Notes: generated from the sequence alone by a model not told the origin. Positions 23,190 to 36,224 are shown, counted from the stretch's first letter. The stretch: 64,000 bases of DNA from Octopus sinensis (GCF_006345805.1 NC_042998.1:96410001-96474000); one strand, 5' to 3'. Program-made: numbers and translations.

Positions 23190-23415
23190 ATAATGAGGGA
23201 GATAAATTGAATATTAATTTAATTAATATCAATTTAAAATAGTAGCCTAGCATACAAAAATCTGAAAAATCAGAGAAAATTCTAATACATGTGTATATGT
23301 AAAGGGCTAAAGAACCACTATGAATTTTCTCTGATTTTTCAGATTTTTGTATGCTAGGCTACTTGTTTTAAATTGATATTAATTAAATTAATATTCAACA
23401 CATCTCCCTCATTAT
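23190..23415. mobile_element. Foldback/MITE-like element with about 93-bp inverted arms
   Basis: 23190-23282 is the near-perfect reverse complement of 23322-23415; 39-bp spacer. Confidence 0.8.
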
Positions 23416-23796
23416 TTAAATGTTAAAATAAATATGTTCTCTAATAGGCAGTATTAACTGCAGTAAATTATTTACTGCAGATTTTGTTTCCGGAATTTTA
23501 GCGCATACATTTGAAATTAACCCCAATGTAATCGGCGAAACTAAGCACGCGTCTGTTTTTATACGGAAAATTGGTGGTTAGTTTTACAAATTATATTACC
23601 TGTGGAACGATCGTAATGACGAGTCCTACGGACGAAGGATTGCGTAAGTGATTCATTAGTTAATAGGCGAAACCGCGGTCTGCGATTAATTCTTGTTTTT
23701 TATATAATTTTCATCTGTCTTGCCCGCATATTGTTCTGGTGTCCGCTGAATATATATATATATATATATATAATTATATATATATATATATATATA

Positions 23797-23926
23797 AAAT
23801 TAACAGATGGGATCTAGAGATGATCAATATAGAAAATACTTAGTAACGCTCAAGTGATTTGAACTTACATTCCGAGTCTTTACCGAGAACTAAGTCCGCG
23901 GATATGGAGATAATGATGCAAATTAG

Positions 23927-23959
<33 letters not shown>

Positions 23960-24224
23960 AGTCTATTTATATATATATTATATATATACAAGTAATAGGG
24001 TTAGCAACGAATGGTTCACCAACACACCGAATTTAGAATAGCAGTCAAAGATATAGCTTTCCTCTACTAAAAGGGATAAGCTATTCCTTGGTGAGGCAAT
24101 TCGTTGCTAAACCCTTATTACTTAGTATTATTAAATTTTCCTCGAATGGGGCTTTTACATGCTGAAATCTACTTGTGTAATTGATAATTATCCCTATTTA
24201 ATTAATTTCACCTTATTATTACTG

Positions 24225-24256
<32 letters not shown>

Positions 24257-24434
24257 TATATATATAGATATAATATATATATTATATATATATATATATA
24301 AATTACAGATGGGATCTAGAGATGATCAATATAGAAAATACTTAGTAACGCTCAGTGATTTGAACTTACATTCGAAGTCTTTACCGAGAACTAAGTCCGC
24401 GGATATGGAGATATGATGCAAATTAGATATATAT

Positions 24435-24485
<51 letters not shown>

Positions 24486-24730
24486 TAAGTAATAGGGTTT
24501 AGCAACGAATGCTCAACCCACACCCGAATTTAGAAATAGCAGTCAAAGAGATATAGCTATTCCTTCTAACTAAAAGGGATAAGCTATTCCTTGGTGAGGC
24601 AATTCGTTGCTAAACCCTAATTACTTATATTACTTAAATTTTCTCGAATGGGGCTTTTACATGCTGAAATCTACTTGTGTAATTGATAATTATCCCTAAT
24701 TAATTAATTTCACCTTTTATTATTACTGAT
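23797..24730. repeat. About 500-bp tandem duplication (23797-24226 vs 24300-24730), possibly an assembly artefact
   Basis: The copies differ mostly by 1-2 bp indels (aattaacag/aattacag, ctcaagtg/ctcagtg, gggttag/gggtttag). Confidence 0.85.
24486..24627. mobile_element. Small MITE-like hairpin element with about 30-bp TIRs (second copy at 23990-24123)
   Basis: taagtaatagggtttagcaacgaatgctca versus tgaggcaattcgttgctaaaccctaattactta. Confidence 0.6.
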
Positions 24731-24748
24731 ATATATATATAATATATA

Positions 24749-24779
<31 letters not shown>

Positions 24780-24934
24780 CATGTATGTATGTTTTATGTA
24801 TGACATGCATATATGTATTATATGTATGTAATCTGCTAAAAAATATTCAGCAGGTCTTCATTTTAATGTTAAATTATTTTTACATATAACGCGACATAAA
24901 AACATTTATTTATATATAGCTATATCTATATCTA

Positions 24935-25000
<66 letters not shown>

Positions 25001-25040
25001 CCTACCTACCTACCTACCTACCTACCTATCTGTCTATCTT

Positions 25041-25127
<87 letters not shown>

Positions 25128-25128
<1 letters not shown>

Positions 25129-25470
25129 TGCGCAATGGCCCAGTGGTTCGGGCAGTGGACTCACGGTCGTAGATCGTGGTTTCGATTCCCAGACCGGGCG
25201 TTATGAATATTTATTGAGCGAAAACACCTAAAACCCCACGAGGCTCCGACAGTGGGGTGGCGAACCCTGCCGTACTTCCTGTTTCTGTTGTACCTGTATT
25301 TCAAAGGGCCAGCCTTGTCACACTCTGTGTTACGTTGAATCTCCCCGAGAACTACGTTAAAGGTACTTGTACGTGTCTGTGGAGTGCTCAGCCATTTGCA
25401 CCGAGCAAGCTGTTCCGTTGATCGGATTAACTGGAATGGAACCCTCGTCGTTGTAACCGACAGAGTGCCA
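25128..25470 (+). mobile_element. SINE family C, full length variant
   Basis: A box tggcccagtgg, B box gtttcgattccc, tail accctcgtcgttgtaaccgacagagtgcc. Confidence 0.8.
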
Positions 25471-25516
25471 CGATTATATATATAAACACATACGCCTACT
25501 TACATGTATGTGTGTG

Positions 25517-25592
<76 letters not shown>

Positions 25593-25955
25593 TCTCTCTC
25601 TCTCTCTCTCTGCATGTGTGAACATGTGCGCGCGTATGTGTATGAATGTATTATGAACGTATGTATGCCTCGTATCTGTAAACTAGCGCGTGCCGATTTC
25701 TGCTTACATAGGTACAGGTATGTAATGTAAATGGCCAGTATAAATAACCACGCTGTTATGCTTCTTTTTCTATCTTTACATCTATAATTCATAAGCCTCA
25801 GAGAAACACCCGATTCAGCAGACTGGCAAAAATATTTTACAGCGTCGTTAAATTTATCTTACTATTTCCATTCAAGCCCTCCCTACCCTTTCCACCCGTT
25901 CCACCTCTCACTCGATTATTATTATTATTATTATTATTATTTATTATCATTATTA

Positions 25956-25997
<42 letters not shown>

Positions 25998-26718
25998 GTT
26001 TTTTGGCCCGTCATTATTAATAATTCCGTCTGTACTTGATGCTTTTTTTCAGCAAACACAAACATATACATATAGGTACATACACACACAAACACAACGC
26101 GTGCGCGCACATAAATATGTATGTGTGTATATGTGCGTGTATGTATGTATGTATGTATGTATGTATGTATGTATGTATGTTTGTTTGTATATGTATGTAC
26201 GTATGTATGTATCTATTATCTATATAGATATACGATACATACACACAAATATACATGCATATTTACATGTATGTCTATATATATGTATATTTATCTATCT
26301 ACCTATATATATATATCTATATCTATCTACACACACACACACACATACTTACATACATAAACACATACACTCACATATACATATTTATATAAACATATAT
26401 ATGCATGCGCGAGTGTGTTTGTGTGTGTATATGTGTGTACGTGTGTATGAGTAATCACTTAAAATCTGTTGAATATGCGTGGGTGTCCGGTTGTGTTTGT
26501 CTAAACAAGACCAATCATTTCATTAGCCAAATATAAACGAAAGCTAATGGGGGAAATAACATAGAAGTTCTATTAACTTTTGATGCTTCTTGCCAACACT
26601 TTCATATTTATAAAGTTCCGTATCACTTAAATTTAGAACTTCTCTGATTTAGATGAGCGCTTTATCATGAGATACAAAACTATCTAACAATTTGTTCAAA
26701 CTAACTTTACGTTAGGTA

Positions 26719-27784
26719 CAACGGTGTCGGTGTAGTATGTGATCTACAGACATGTTTCTGGTATAGCTTGCGATCTACATTAGCTCAAATGGTATAGTTT
26801 GTGATCTACACCGACTTTTTTATTTACATTTAAAATTTTTGATTTACATTTAAAATTCATCTACTTACTCGACTTCCGGTTGGTTTGGTATATAAACCAA
26901 AAAAAAAAAAAACTTTATGATTTAAACGCTTTTAGTTCTGAACCCATTGACAGAAGTCGTGGTGAGAGCAAACAAATTTTACACACAGGTTATTTCGAGA
27001 TGAAGAAGCTGCAATAGAATTTTCCGACGCTAAATAGTCACAATATTTATGTTTCCAGTATGAAATATTGGGCTGTCCGGAAAGTTCGTGCCGATTTATA
27101 GTAGCTTACCTTTCGACTTATTTTAGAACATGGTTGAATCCATAAAATAGGATTTGACAACACCTCCATTTGGAGCACAGTTTTAGCTATCTTTTCATGG
27201 AAGAAGGTTTATGTTCCTATAACCTGTGTTAATTCTGTAACCCTTTAAAATGGAAGATAAGAAAGTTCATTTTCAGCACTTGATGCTTTGGGAACCAGAC
27301 AAAAATTGCTGCAGCTTGGCTGGGATGTGTTACCCCACCCTCCATATTCACCAGATATTGCACCTTCAGATTTCCACCTATTCAGGTCTCTGCAGAATAG
27401 TCTTAATGGTAAAAATTTCATTCTTTGGATGACGTAAAAAGATACCTTGATAAATTCTTTGCCATGAAACCACCTCAATTCTGGGAAGAGGGTATTTTCA
27501 AGTTAAAGGAAAGATGGAGACGCATTGTGCAACAAAATGGTCCATATTTGGTTGATTAAAAATGTAATGGCAAGTATTTATTGACTTTTTTCTTTCCTTT
27601 AAAAATCGGTACGAACTTTCCGGACAACCCAATAAAAATCAATAAAATTTTTTATTTTTTAAATGCTTAACTCACTCTTCTAATTATAATTGCAAATTTA
27701 TAACAAAAGTGTGTATGTAGATCACAAGCTAGGCTAGATTTAATGGCATGTATGATAGATCACATACTACTACACCGACACGGG
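26719..27784. mobile_element. TA-flanked TIR element (MITE) hosting a nested mariner
   Basis: Imperfect ~70-bp inverted ends (gtgtcggtgtagtatgtgatcta versus tagatcacatactactacaccgacac) with repeated TGTGATCTACA submotifs; TA on both sides. Confidence 0.55.
27068..27632 (+). mobile_element. Internally deleted mariner transposon
   Basis: 30-bp TIRs ttgggctgtccggaaagttcgtgccgattt / aaatcggtacgaactttccggacaacccaa with TA TSDs. N-terminus MEDKKVHFQHLMLWE is fused out of frame to RQKLLQLGWDVLPHPPYSPDIAPSDFHLFRSL; stop at 27557-27559. Confidence 0.95.
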
Positions 27785-28059
27785 TACAAATTTCTATGTT
27801 AAAGCGAAGATACATTATGTTATGTTCTTTTATTCTTTTAATTGTCTCAGTCGTTGGACTGTGGTCATACAGGAGCAGCTCCTTGAAGGATTTAGTCAAT
27901 TAAATCGCCCCCACCAGTGTTTATTTTAGAAGCGGCACTTAGACAAACCAACGCCTGTGCAAACACATAAACGAAGATACACACACGCATATATACTTAC
28001 ACAGATACATAGATACGCTCACACACATACATATTTTGCTTACATAATTTGGCATGAGA

Positions 28060-28450
28060 CCAGCGATTATGAGAAAGAGGGAAGTCTATTAGATCGACCC
28101 CCAGTCATCAACTGGTACTTATTTTATCGAGCACGAAAGATAGAATAGTAAAATCGACCTCGGCGGAATTTGAACTCATTTTGTCTGCCTTGCTAACGAT
28201 TCTGCCAAGCTCGCTGCCAACATATATATATATTGCTTTCACAATTTGGCACAAGTCCAGCAATTTCGAGGTAGAAGGCAAGTCGGTTACATCGACCCCA
28301 GTACTCAACTGGTACATATTTTATCGATCCCGAAATGATGAATGGTAAAGTTGATCTCGGCAGAATTTGGACTCAGAACGTAAAGGTGGAGCAGACAAAA
28401 TGCTCATAAGCATTTTGTCCGGCGTGCTAATGATTTTGTCAGCTTGCCGC
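28060..28450 (-). mobile_element. SINE family A, two copies
   Basis: Cores ggcggaatttgaactca (~28165) and ggcagaatttggactcagaacg (~28360). Confidence 0.75.
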
Positions 28451-28497
28451 TTCCCATATACATACATACATACATACATACATACATACATACATAC

Positions 28498-28596
28498 AAA
28501 AACTTTCCAGAAGTTCATCATTTAAATATATATGAGCATGTCTAGATATGCAACTATATGCATGAGAATACATACATAAAACATACAAATCTGCAC
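28498..28596 (+). mobile_element. 5'-truncated 3' stub of the RLE retrotransposon at 53738-54741, embedded in (TACA)n
   Basis: Encodes KTFQKFII* (stop 28523-28525), then a 3' UTR nearly identical to the reverse complement of 53738-53840; (TACA)n on both sides. Confidence 0.85.
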
Positions 28597-29499
28597 ATAC
28601 ATACATACATACACACACATGCACGCATGCATGCATTCATACATACATACATACATACATACATAATACCATACATACATACATACATACATACATGCAT
28701 GCATGCATGCATACATACATACATACATACATGCATACATACATACATACATACATACATACATACATACATACATACATACATACATACAAAGTGATCT
28801 CAATTAAAAACTTTCATCAGAATTTCATGTTAATTCATGTTCTAAAAACCAGCTTAACAATGCTGAAGTTAGTTTACTGAATACCTAATTATTTTATAGT
28901 TTATTTGAAACAAAGGCTGTGTAACTCATTAGAAATATGATAGCGTATTAAAGCTGCTTGCAAAGTGCATAAATAAGATTATATTCGACTTCCGGTGCAC
29001 CTCGATGTCAAATATATACGTGAACAAGTGGTTTTGTTATTCAGTGAACTGTATTTAGTGCGTTTTGTATCGTGCTAATTTACAGTTTCTTTAAACAAAG
29101 CATTATCATCTGGAGTTAGAATGCCTTATATGTATGTATATTGAAATTTCAGCCACTAAAACCGCTTTAAGTTTTCCCTATGCATTCATGTAATGTAATG
29201 TTACTTACTGGCAAGTTATTCACTCAGTCACGAATATTCTCAATCACGCACGTGCCTACATACATACATACATACATACATACATACATACATACATACA
29301 TACAAGAAGGGAATTATATAACACTCCTTAGAACATATCAATGAATAAAACTTTTTAAACAAGGGTACGAATATGTGTGTGATCTTGTGTGTGTGTGTAC
29401 ATAGACACAGACACACAGGCATACACACACACACACATACATACATACATACACAGACACACATACATATATGCATATATGCATACATACATGCATACA

Positions 29500-29530
<31 letters not shown>

Positions 29531-31082
29531 CATACATACATACATACATACATACATACATACATACATACGGGGAAAGTTTACAGTTTATTCCTTGTAA
29601 ACTGCAAATTTTCCCAGTCTAAAATATTCGTATCTGTTCTCTGATGACGAAATATCCACTTCACGGATATGCTAACCAACCATTTGTGTTATCCCAGAAA
29701 CAGCTGTAAGACTCCAAATTCACCTTAGCCTAAATAAATTATTCTAAATGACTTGAAATACTCGTTTTACCTTGGTTTTGATTTTTCCTCTAATACAATA
29801 TATACGAAACCCTAACATGGATCCCTAGATCCAATCTTAGCTGTGATCTTGGAACCTAATGGTCAACTAACTATAGCATTTACCCAACGAGCCTATTCGT
29901 TTAGATCATACGTGAGCGTCGTGTTCTTTATATATATAAAATCAAAAGCAAGAACACAGTATTCCTTTTTACAACCATAATATACTGCCAAATATATTAA
30001 AGGTTTATAAAGCAATATTGTGCCTTACATTTTGTGTTAGCAGTGCGATATTCTCATTTTTAGGTATAAACTATAGATTTTCAGAGTTCTGAATTCTGTA
30101 GAAAATTTATAGTTTATTACTTAAGATACGGTGGCGGATCTCCATGGTTTGATAATGAAAATACAGTCATTCGATTTACCTGCTTATAATTTGACATGTA
30201 AGTGTCCGAGTATTCCTCAGACACGTGTCTTCTTAACGTAATTAGTAGGTGGATCCATGGTGACGCCCAGTATATGACAAGCCCTGCTTTTTGAATTACA
30301 CTTACACCCCAACCGACTGCTTTCTATATAATTTTCGGCTATATGTATGGATCAACTCGACCCTTCAAAAAATGATATTTTCCCAAGGTACAAAACAGTC
30401 GAATCAAACCCGGGTCTTTTAGTTGCAAAGCGAAATTCTTAACCATTCAGTCTTATTACACCTCCGAATAAGCGGATTTCTGTCAAAATATATCCAATCA
30501 TAACCAGGCAGAATATCTGGGCCTAATATGGTTGGCTTAAACGTTAGTGATCTTCATGTGGATTCTACATGACAGTGTGACTAGGACGAACCTTTGGTTT
30601 CCAGATACAATTCATTTGATGCGTTTCTACCCAGTTTTCTTGTGAGCGACGTTGGACAGACGGGGACTGTATAGAAGCTTGATGGGTTGGTTGTATTTGA
30701 GATTCAAATAATACAGCCTTGTCAAACACTGTGTCACACTGATTCTACCTGACTGAGAATTATGTTAAAGGTATACATGTCGGTGAGATACTCAACCACT
30801 GAAACGCTAAATTAAGGAATAGATAATTCCGTGGATCGGACAAGTGAATCCTTATCTTTGAGACCGACAGAGAGATCCATCTATCTATTCATGCATCTAT
30901 CAATACTTCTACCTACCGAACAATCCATCCATCCGTCCCTCCGTCCGTCCGTCCATCCAACCTTCTCTGTATAAGTTTATGGGTTTCTAAATTACTCAAA
31001 TTTCTGTTTGTTCACAACTCTGTGTGTGTGCACGCGTGCCTGTGTGTGTATGTGAGTGTGTTTGTTTGTTTGTTTGTTGTTG

Positions 31083-31123
<41 letters not shown>

Positions 31124-32078
31124 GTGGTTGTGGTGTAAAACATTGTTACGGAAGAAGCGTCAGTTTATATTAATATTAGTAACTTTCGGTTTTTGTTTTA
31201 AACCGCGCAACCAACCGAACATGCCGCAGCTAGGTTTTTTTCTATTCGTTTTTTTGTTCTTTTCGTCTTTTTTGATATATTTTTTTTTAATTCTTTCCTT
31301 TTCCTGCTGGCTTCACTGCACAGAATGTATTGTTATTCTAGTTGAGAACGTGACAATACATCTTTCTCACGATACACATGATATTCAAAATTTCTCCTTT
31401 GAAAGCTGGCTTTTCCATCTCGTCTAAAGAAAGCAGAAAGTTTGTTACGCTTTTTAGCTTTGTTTTATTCAAAGGGATATATAAATATATATACATACAT
31501 ACAGTAAAATGTGGCACAGGAGGACTGCGAAGGAACATACGGAAAAAAAAGGGGAAAGATATATATTGCTTCCTTTGAATCTTGTAACGAACTGGTGTCC
31601 CTTTTCAGGGAGTAAGTTGTGATCTCGGTCACATACGCACCATGGAAATCGGGTGTCTGGCTTTATGAATCCTCGAACTCGAGAAAATATTTGATAAAAG
31701 CGTTGCGATGAGAGGGATATTTGTTTGCTATTGCTATCACTTTGGGTGACAACATAATCCCACTTGTTTCCTTTTGTGTGTGCATTTATGTTTTAAAGTA
31801 TACCGGCTGCCTATAACTCTCATTAAAACGCTGTTTAAGCAACTTCCCAGTCAAACAAAATCCAGTTTTTTTATCGCAATGTCACAAATGTCTTGCATGT
31901 AATGTTTACATAAGTTTAAAGCGGTACTCATCATTTTTACGATTACAACGCAAACAATTTTCTTATGTCGCGTATGTATTTCCTATCCCACTGCAGATAC
32001 TGTGACAAAATAGGCCAAGCAAGAAACACATTAAAATCTTTTAGATATATCTTTCTTTTCTTCTTTCTTTTTTTCTTT

Positions 32079-32120
<42 letters not shown>

Positions 32121-32218
32121 CTTCTTACTTTCCTTCTCAAACGTTCTCTTTCTCCTCCCCAACGTACATATGTAAGGACGCACGCACACACACACATGGG
32201 TAAAGAATAATGCATATC

Positions 32219-32266
<48 letters not shown>

Positions 32267-32601
32267 ACATGTGCATGTATGTGTGGATGAATGGATGGAT
32301 GGATGGATGGATGGATGGAAAAGTGGCCATGTGTGCAGACCTAACCAGTTGGAAGCGCAGTAAGTTGCAACTTTTGTCCGTCACCTATGCTCCCTACCAA
32401 TCAGATCTGCAACGGGATGAACAGTCATCTGAAATGTCATGGATGGAAAGTCAGAAATGCTATTAATAGCGGGAAGCACAAGGAGACGGCAATACGGCAA
32501 TAGTGATTGCTCCATCTTCACAGCTGATTGTCGTCTGTATGTGTGCAATACATGCGTACATACACCACTCATATATATATAGATAATATATATATATTAT
32601 A

Positions 32602-32633
<32 letters not shown>

Positions 32634-32930
32634 TCATATATATATATATTCTAGTTTCAGCTCAGAGCTGCGGCCATGCTGATGCACCGCCGTTTGTGCT
32701 ACACTGTTATTACGACGAACATAGGTTCTAATATGTGGCACTTGGTGAAGAATGGAGTTTGATATAGCTACTCTTATTTGCATTTCTGCCGTGAGGTAGG
32801 TTCATAGGGGACTCTTGACAGGAAGATGTCAGCTTTGATTTAAAAACCCCTACATCTACTTTGTGCAAGTTCCTCAGACTCTTGGGAGAATATTAAAAAG
32901 CTGTGGGCCCTTGAAACCCAGGAATGTTGC

Positions 32931-33030
32931 NNNNNNNNNNNNNNNNNNNNNNNNNNNNNNNNNNNNNNNNNNNNNNNNNNNNNNNNNNNNNNNNNNNNNN
33001 NNNNNNNNNNNNNNNNNNNNNNNNNNNNNN
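32931..33030. other. Assembly gap (100 N)
   Basis: Run of N; a round 100 suggests an unsized gap. Confidence 1.
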
Positions 33031-33527
33031 ACTCCTACGCCTATGTATGTTCAGTATTTTACAATATAATTGTATATTCACAAATTAATGAAAATAATGA
33101 AAGCTAACACAGATCACCGGTACATCATGGTTCCATCAACAGTTCAACTCTAAATACACACAAAAAAATTCTGTTTTATATATGCAGAATATATGAGAGA
33201 CAAGAAATGAACAAAATTACATTGATTAGGTCAGAAATTTCCGGCATACTAAAATTAATACTACATGAAAATGTTGTGAAACGGCCTTAATCCTGTGGAA
33301 GTCATGTGGCTAAATAAATATATATTCACCTCTCAAATCTACGAGCGTTATGTTTTCCTACATTCCTCACAAATATTTTTGTCGGTCGGATTTACAGTTA
33401 CATGGCTACTTAGCATTACACTATTATATAATTGATAATTACTGTGTAAACTGATAGCAGAGTCCGTAAGAGAGCATATTCTTTCTCTCTCTCTCTCTCT
33501 TTCTTTCTCTCTCTCTCTCTCTTTCTT

Positions 33528-33562
<35 letters not shown>

Positions 33563-33577
33563 TTCTCTCTCTCCCCA

Positions 33578-33611
<34 letters not shown>

Positions 33612-34039
33612 CCCGTAAGCCCACCCACCCCTACACATTCCTACTCCACCTTCCCTATCCTTCCCATTCCCCCATCCTATCCCACACACCCTACCCCCAC
33701 ATACCCCACCTCTACCCCCACCCCCTGCCTACCCACAAATCCCAACTCTACCCCAACCCTCAGCCGAACCCACACCCCACCCATGCTTTCCCCATTCTCG
33801 CCTCCCCCACCTCCCAACAACATCACACCACACCACACTACACCATACAACATTACACATCACATCACAACACACCACCCACACTCCCATCCCCACATTT
33901 TTACACTTACACATACATACACGCACACGTCCAGACCACCAGCCCTCTTTCACACGCACATACATACTCTCTCATACACACACGCACCTTCGAGTTGGGG
34001 GTCATCTTTACTTTGTTATCTCCCCTACTTTCCTTCTCA

Positions 34040-34244
34040 TGTGTGACCATTCTGTCCGAGTCAGACGCCATGATAGAACGTTCTTGTTTCTCTCCTTGTT
34101 TTTTCTGTGTACCTTTCTGTAGTAGAGCGTAGGCTCGAAACGTAAAAGACTTTTTCTGTTCCTGAGCGTTATACTAATACATCTGTTTGTTTTGTACACC
34201 AACTGTCTTCGTCTTTTGTTTTTTTTTTTTTTGTAAACTCTCCC
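34040..34244 (+). mobile_element. Short element E2 with degenerate hammerhead motif (34113-34148)
   Basis: CTTT-CTGTAGT-A-GAGC-GTAG-GCTC-GAAA-CGT-A-AAAG; ends in (TA)n at 34245. Confidence 0.65.
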
Positions 34245-34256
34245 TATATATATATA

Positions 34257-34465
34257 GTCAATTCAAGGAACAAACGATTAAAATAACAGAGAAAAAAAAA
34301 GAAAACTAAACGTGAGGACGTGCACAAGAAATACATCAATTTTACGGTCTGTGAAAGGAGAGAGTTGTTAACGTTTCGAGCATAGCTCTTCGTCAGAAAG
34401 AGAAGAATCCAAAGTGAAAGACGAAAAAATAAGGAAAAATCGCCAACAATCCACGTTGGTTACAA
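34257..34465 (-). mobile_element. Short element E1 with intact hammerhead core (34370-34396)
   Basis: Minus strand CTGACGA-A-GAGC-TAT-GCTC-GAAA-CGT-T; homologous to 6321-6530; flanked by (TA)n. Confidence 0.75.
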
Positions 34466-34487
34466 TACATACATACGTAGATATATA

Positions 34488-34545
<58 letters not shown>

Positions 34546-34548
<3 letters not shown>

Positions 34549-34578
34549 TCTGATGCTCTACCGACTGAGCTATGCGGC
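34546..34578 (-). pseudogene. tRNA-Lys(UUU) 5' half (tail-less retrocopy)
   Basis: Minus strand GCCGCATAGCTCAGTCGGTAGAGCATCAGACTT matches the metazoan tRNA-Lys(UUU) 5' half; it ends in the anticodon loop and joins (TA)n directly. Confidence 0.8.
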
Positions 34579-35260
34579 GAAACATATATTAAAACAAAAG
34601 AATGAAAGAATTATTTTAGTATTATTCATTCCCTATAAGAATAAATAATACCAAAGCAATTTCCAGTTTTCCGTTTTAATATGTAATTGCTCTCCAATAA
34701 ATATGTTTTGTATTTAACACTATTCTCTAGTAGTTTCAACTATTGCATAAATCATAAGATCTAAAAATATTTGTGGTTGAAACACAAACTTCTTGTCATA
34801 CATCCACGCCTCCACCGACATAAATAGACACACACAAACACACACATATATATACACATAGGGAGACAGGCAAAGGGAAAAAAGATGTGCATGTATGCAT
34901 ACATTTATGTTTGTGTGGTGTGTGGTGTATGTGTGCGTGTTTTGGTGGGTAGGTGTGTGACAATAACCACTATTTAGAATTCCATGTCTATTCCAGTATA
35001 TCCAAAGAGAAGCAGCGAGGGAGACCCACCACCGCTTGAAAACCGGCGTTGGTTTCTTTACTTCCTTTAGCCTAGCGGTTCAGCAAAAAAATCTCAATAG
35101 AATAAGTACCAAGGATAAAAATAAGCTCAGGAATCGATTTGTAAGACTAACTCTTCAAGCTGGTGCTCCAGTCTGGCCACAGCCAAATGACTGAAACATT
35201 GAAACAAGAAGTAGAAAAAGGAATATACAAACACCACATACACATATTTTATATATATAT

Positions 35261-35308
<48 letters not shown>

Positions 35309-36171
35309 ACAAGTTGTATGTATGCATTTATGAGTGTGTTTGCGCGCGTGTGTGTGTGTGTGTACGCGCGCGCGCGTACTCCAAAGGTTACCAACTTAAC
35401 CATAAAAAGAGTGCCAGAAATATTTTTCTCTACTCAAGTTATTTTTTTATAACGTGTGGGATTGCTTTTCTCATTCAAGGAAAGGAAATATTAATACCAT
35501 CAAAATATTTATATCCACCAACAAACGGAAGAGGCAGTTTTAGTTTCATCGTGATATATTGCTTCCAAGCACCAACTCCAAACACCAATTTTCTTCACTT
35601 TTTAACAACTTATCTCAATTATTAATAATCAAAGTTTTATTGGTATTGAATATTTTATTTCAAACCGACATTTACTTTATCTTAATGAATTGCACATTTT
35701 TTTTTGCAATAAGATATTGATAACTCACGTAAAAATCGAAGTTTTTTGTCTCTCTCCTTTTTCTTCATACAAATACGCCAGTGCTGCCTGAAATGGGTAA
35801 CGAAGAACCCTAAGGCATCGTGAAAATGTAGAAATCTACGTGAAAAGGTATCATTTAATATAACTTGATAAAAATCCAGTACTTATTCGCCTTGTTTGAT
35901 AGTCCTTCATGTAATCACATTTACCGTTTTCACTACAACCTTTTATACAAACCCATCTGTGTTTGTTTCGAGTGGAAATGTGAGATCTCTGGTCGTATTT
36001 CTATGTTGCTTATCACGTCAGGCTCACTTGTGATCAATTTCATCACGCCGTGATATCTTGCCCTCAGTTTTGTGTGTAGCATTTAGAACTGGGCCAGCGT
36101 TTAACACACCTAGGGAATTTTAACTGGCACCTGTTGGTGCTGCCACCTAAAGTTGCTTTCAGAGTAAGAGA

Positions 36172-36224
<53 letters not shown>

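Noticed and set aside
29640-29655. CTGATGACGAAA as a hammerhead
   Set aside because: There is no stem II between CUGAUGA and GAAA and no supporting stems; likely chance.
32269-32572. Short ORFs of ordinary composition as exons
   Set aside because: No recognisable domain or convincing splice-site pair, and they are partly microsatellite-derived.
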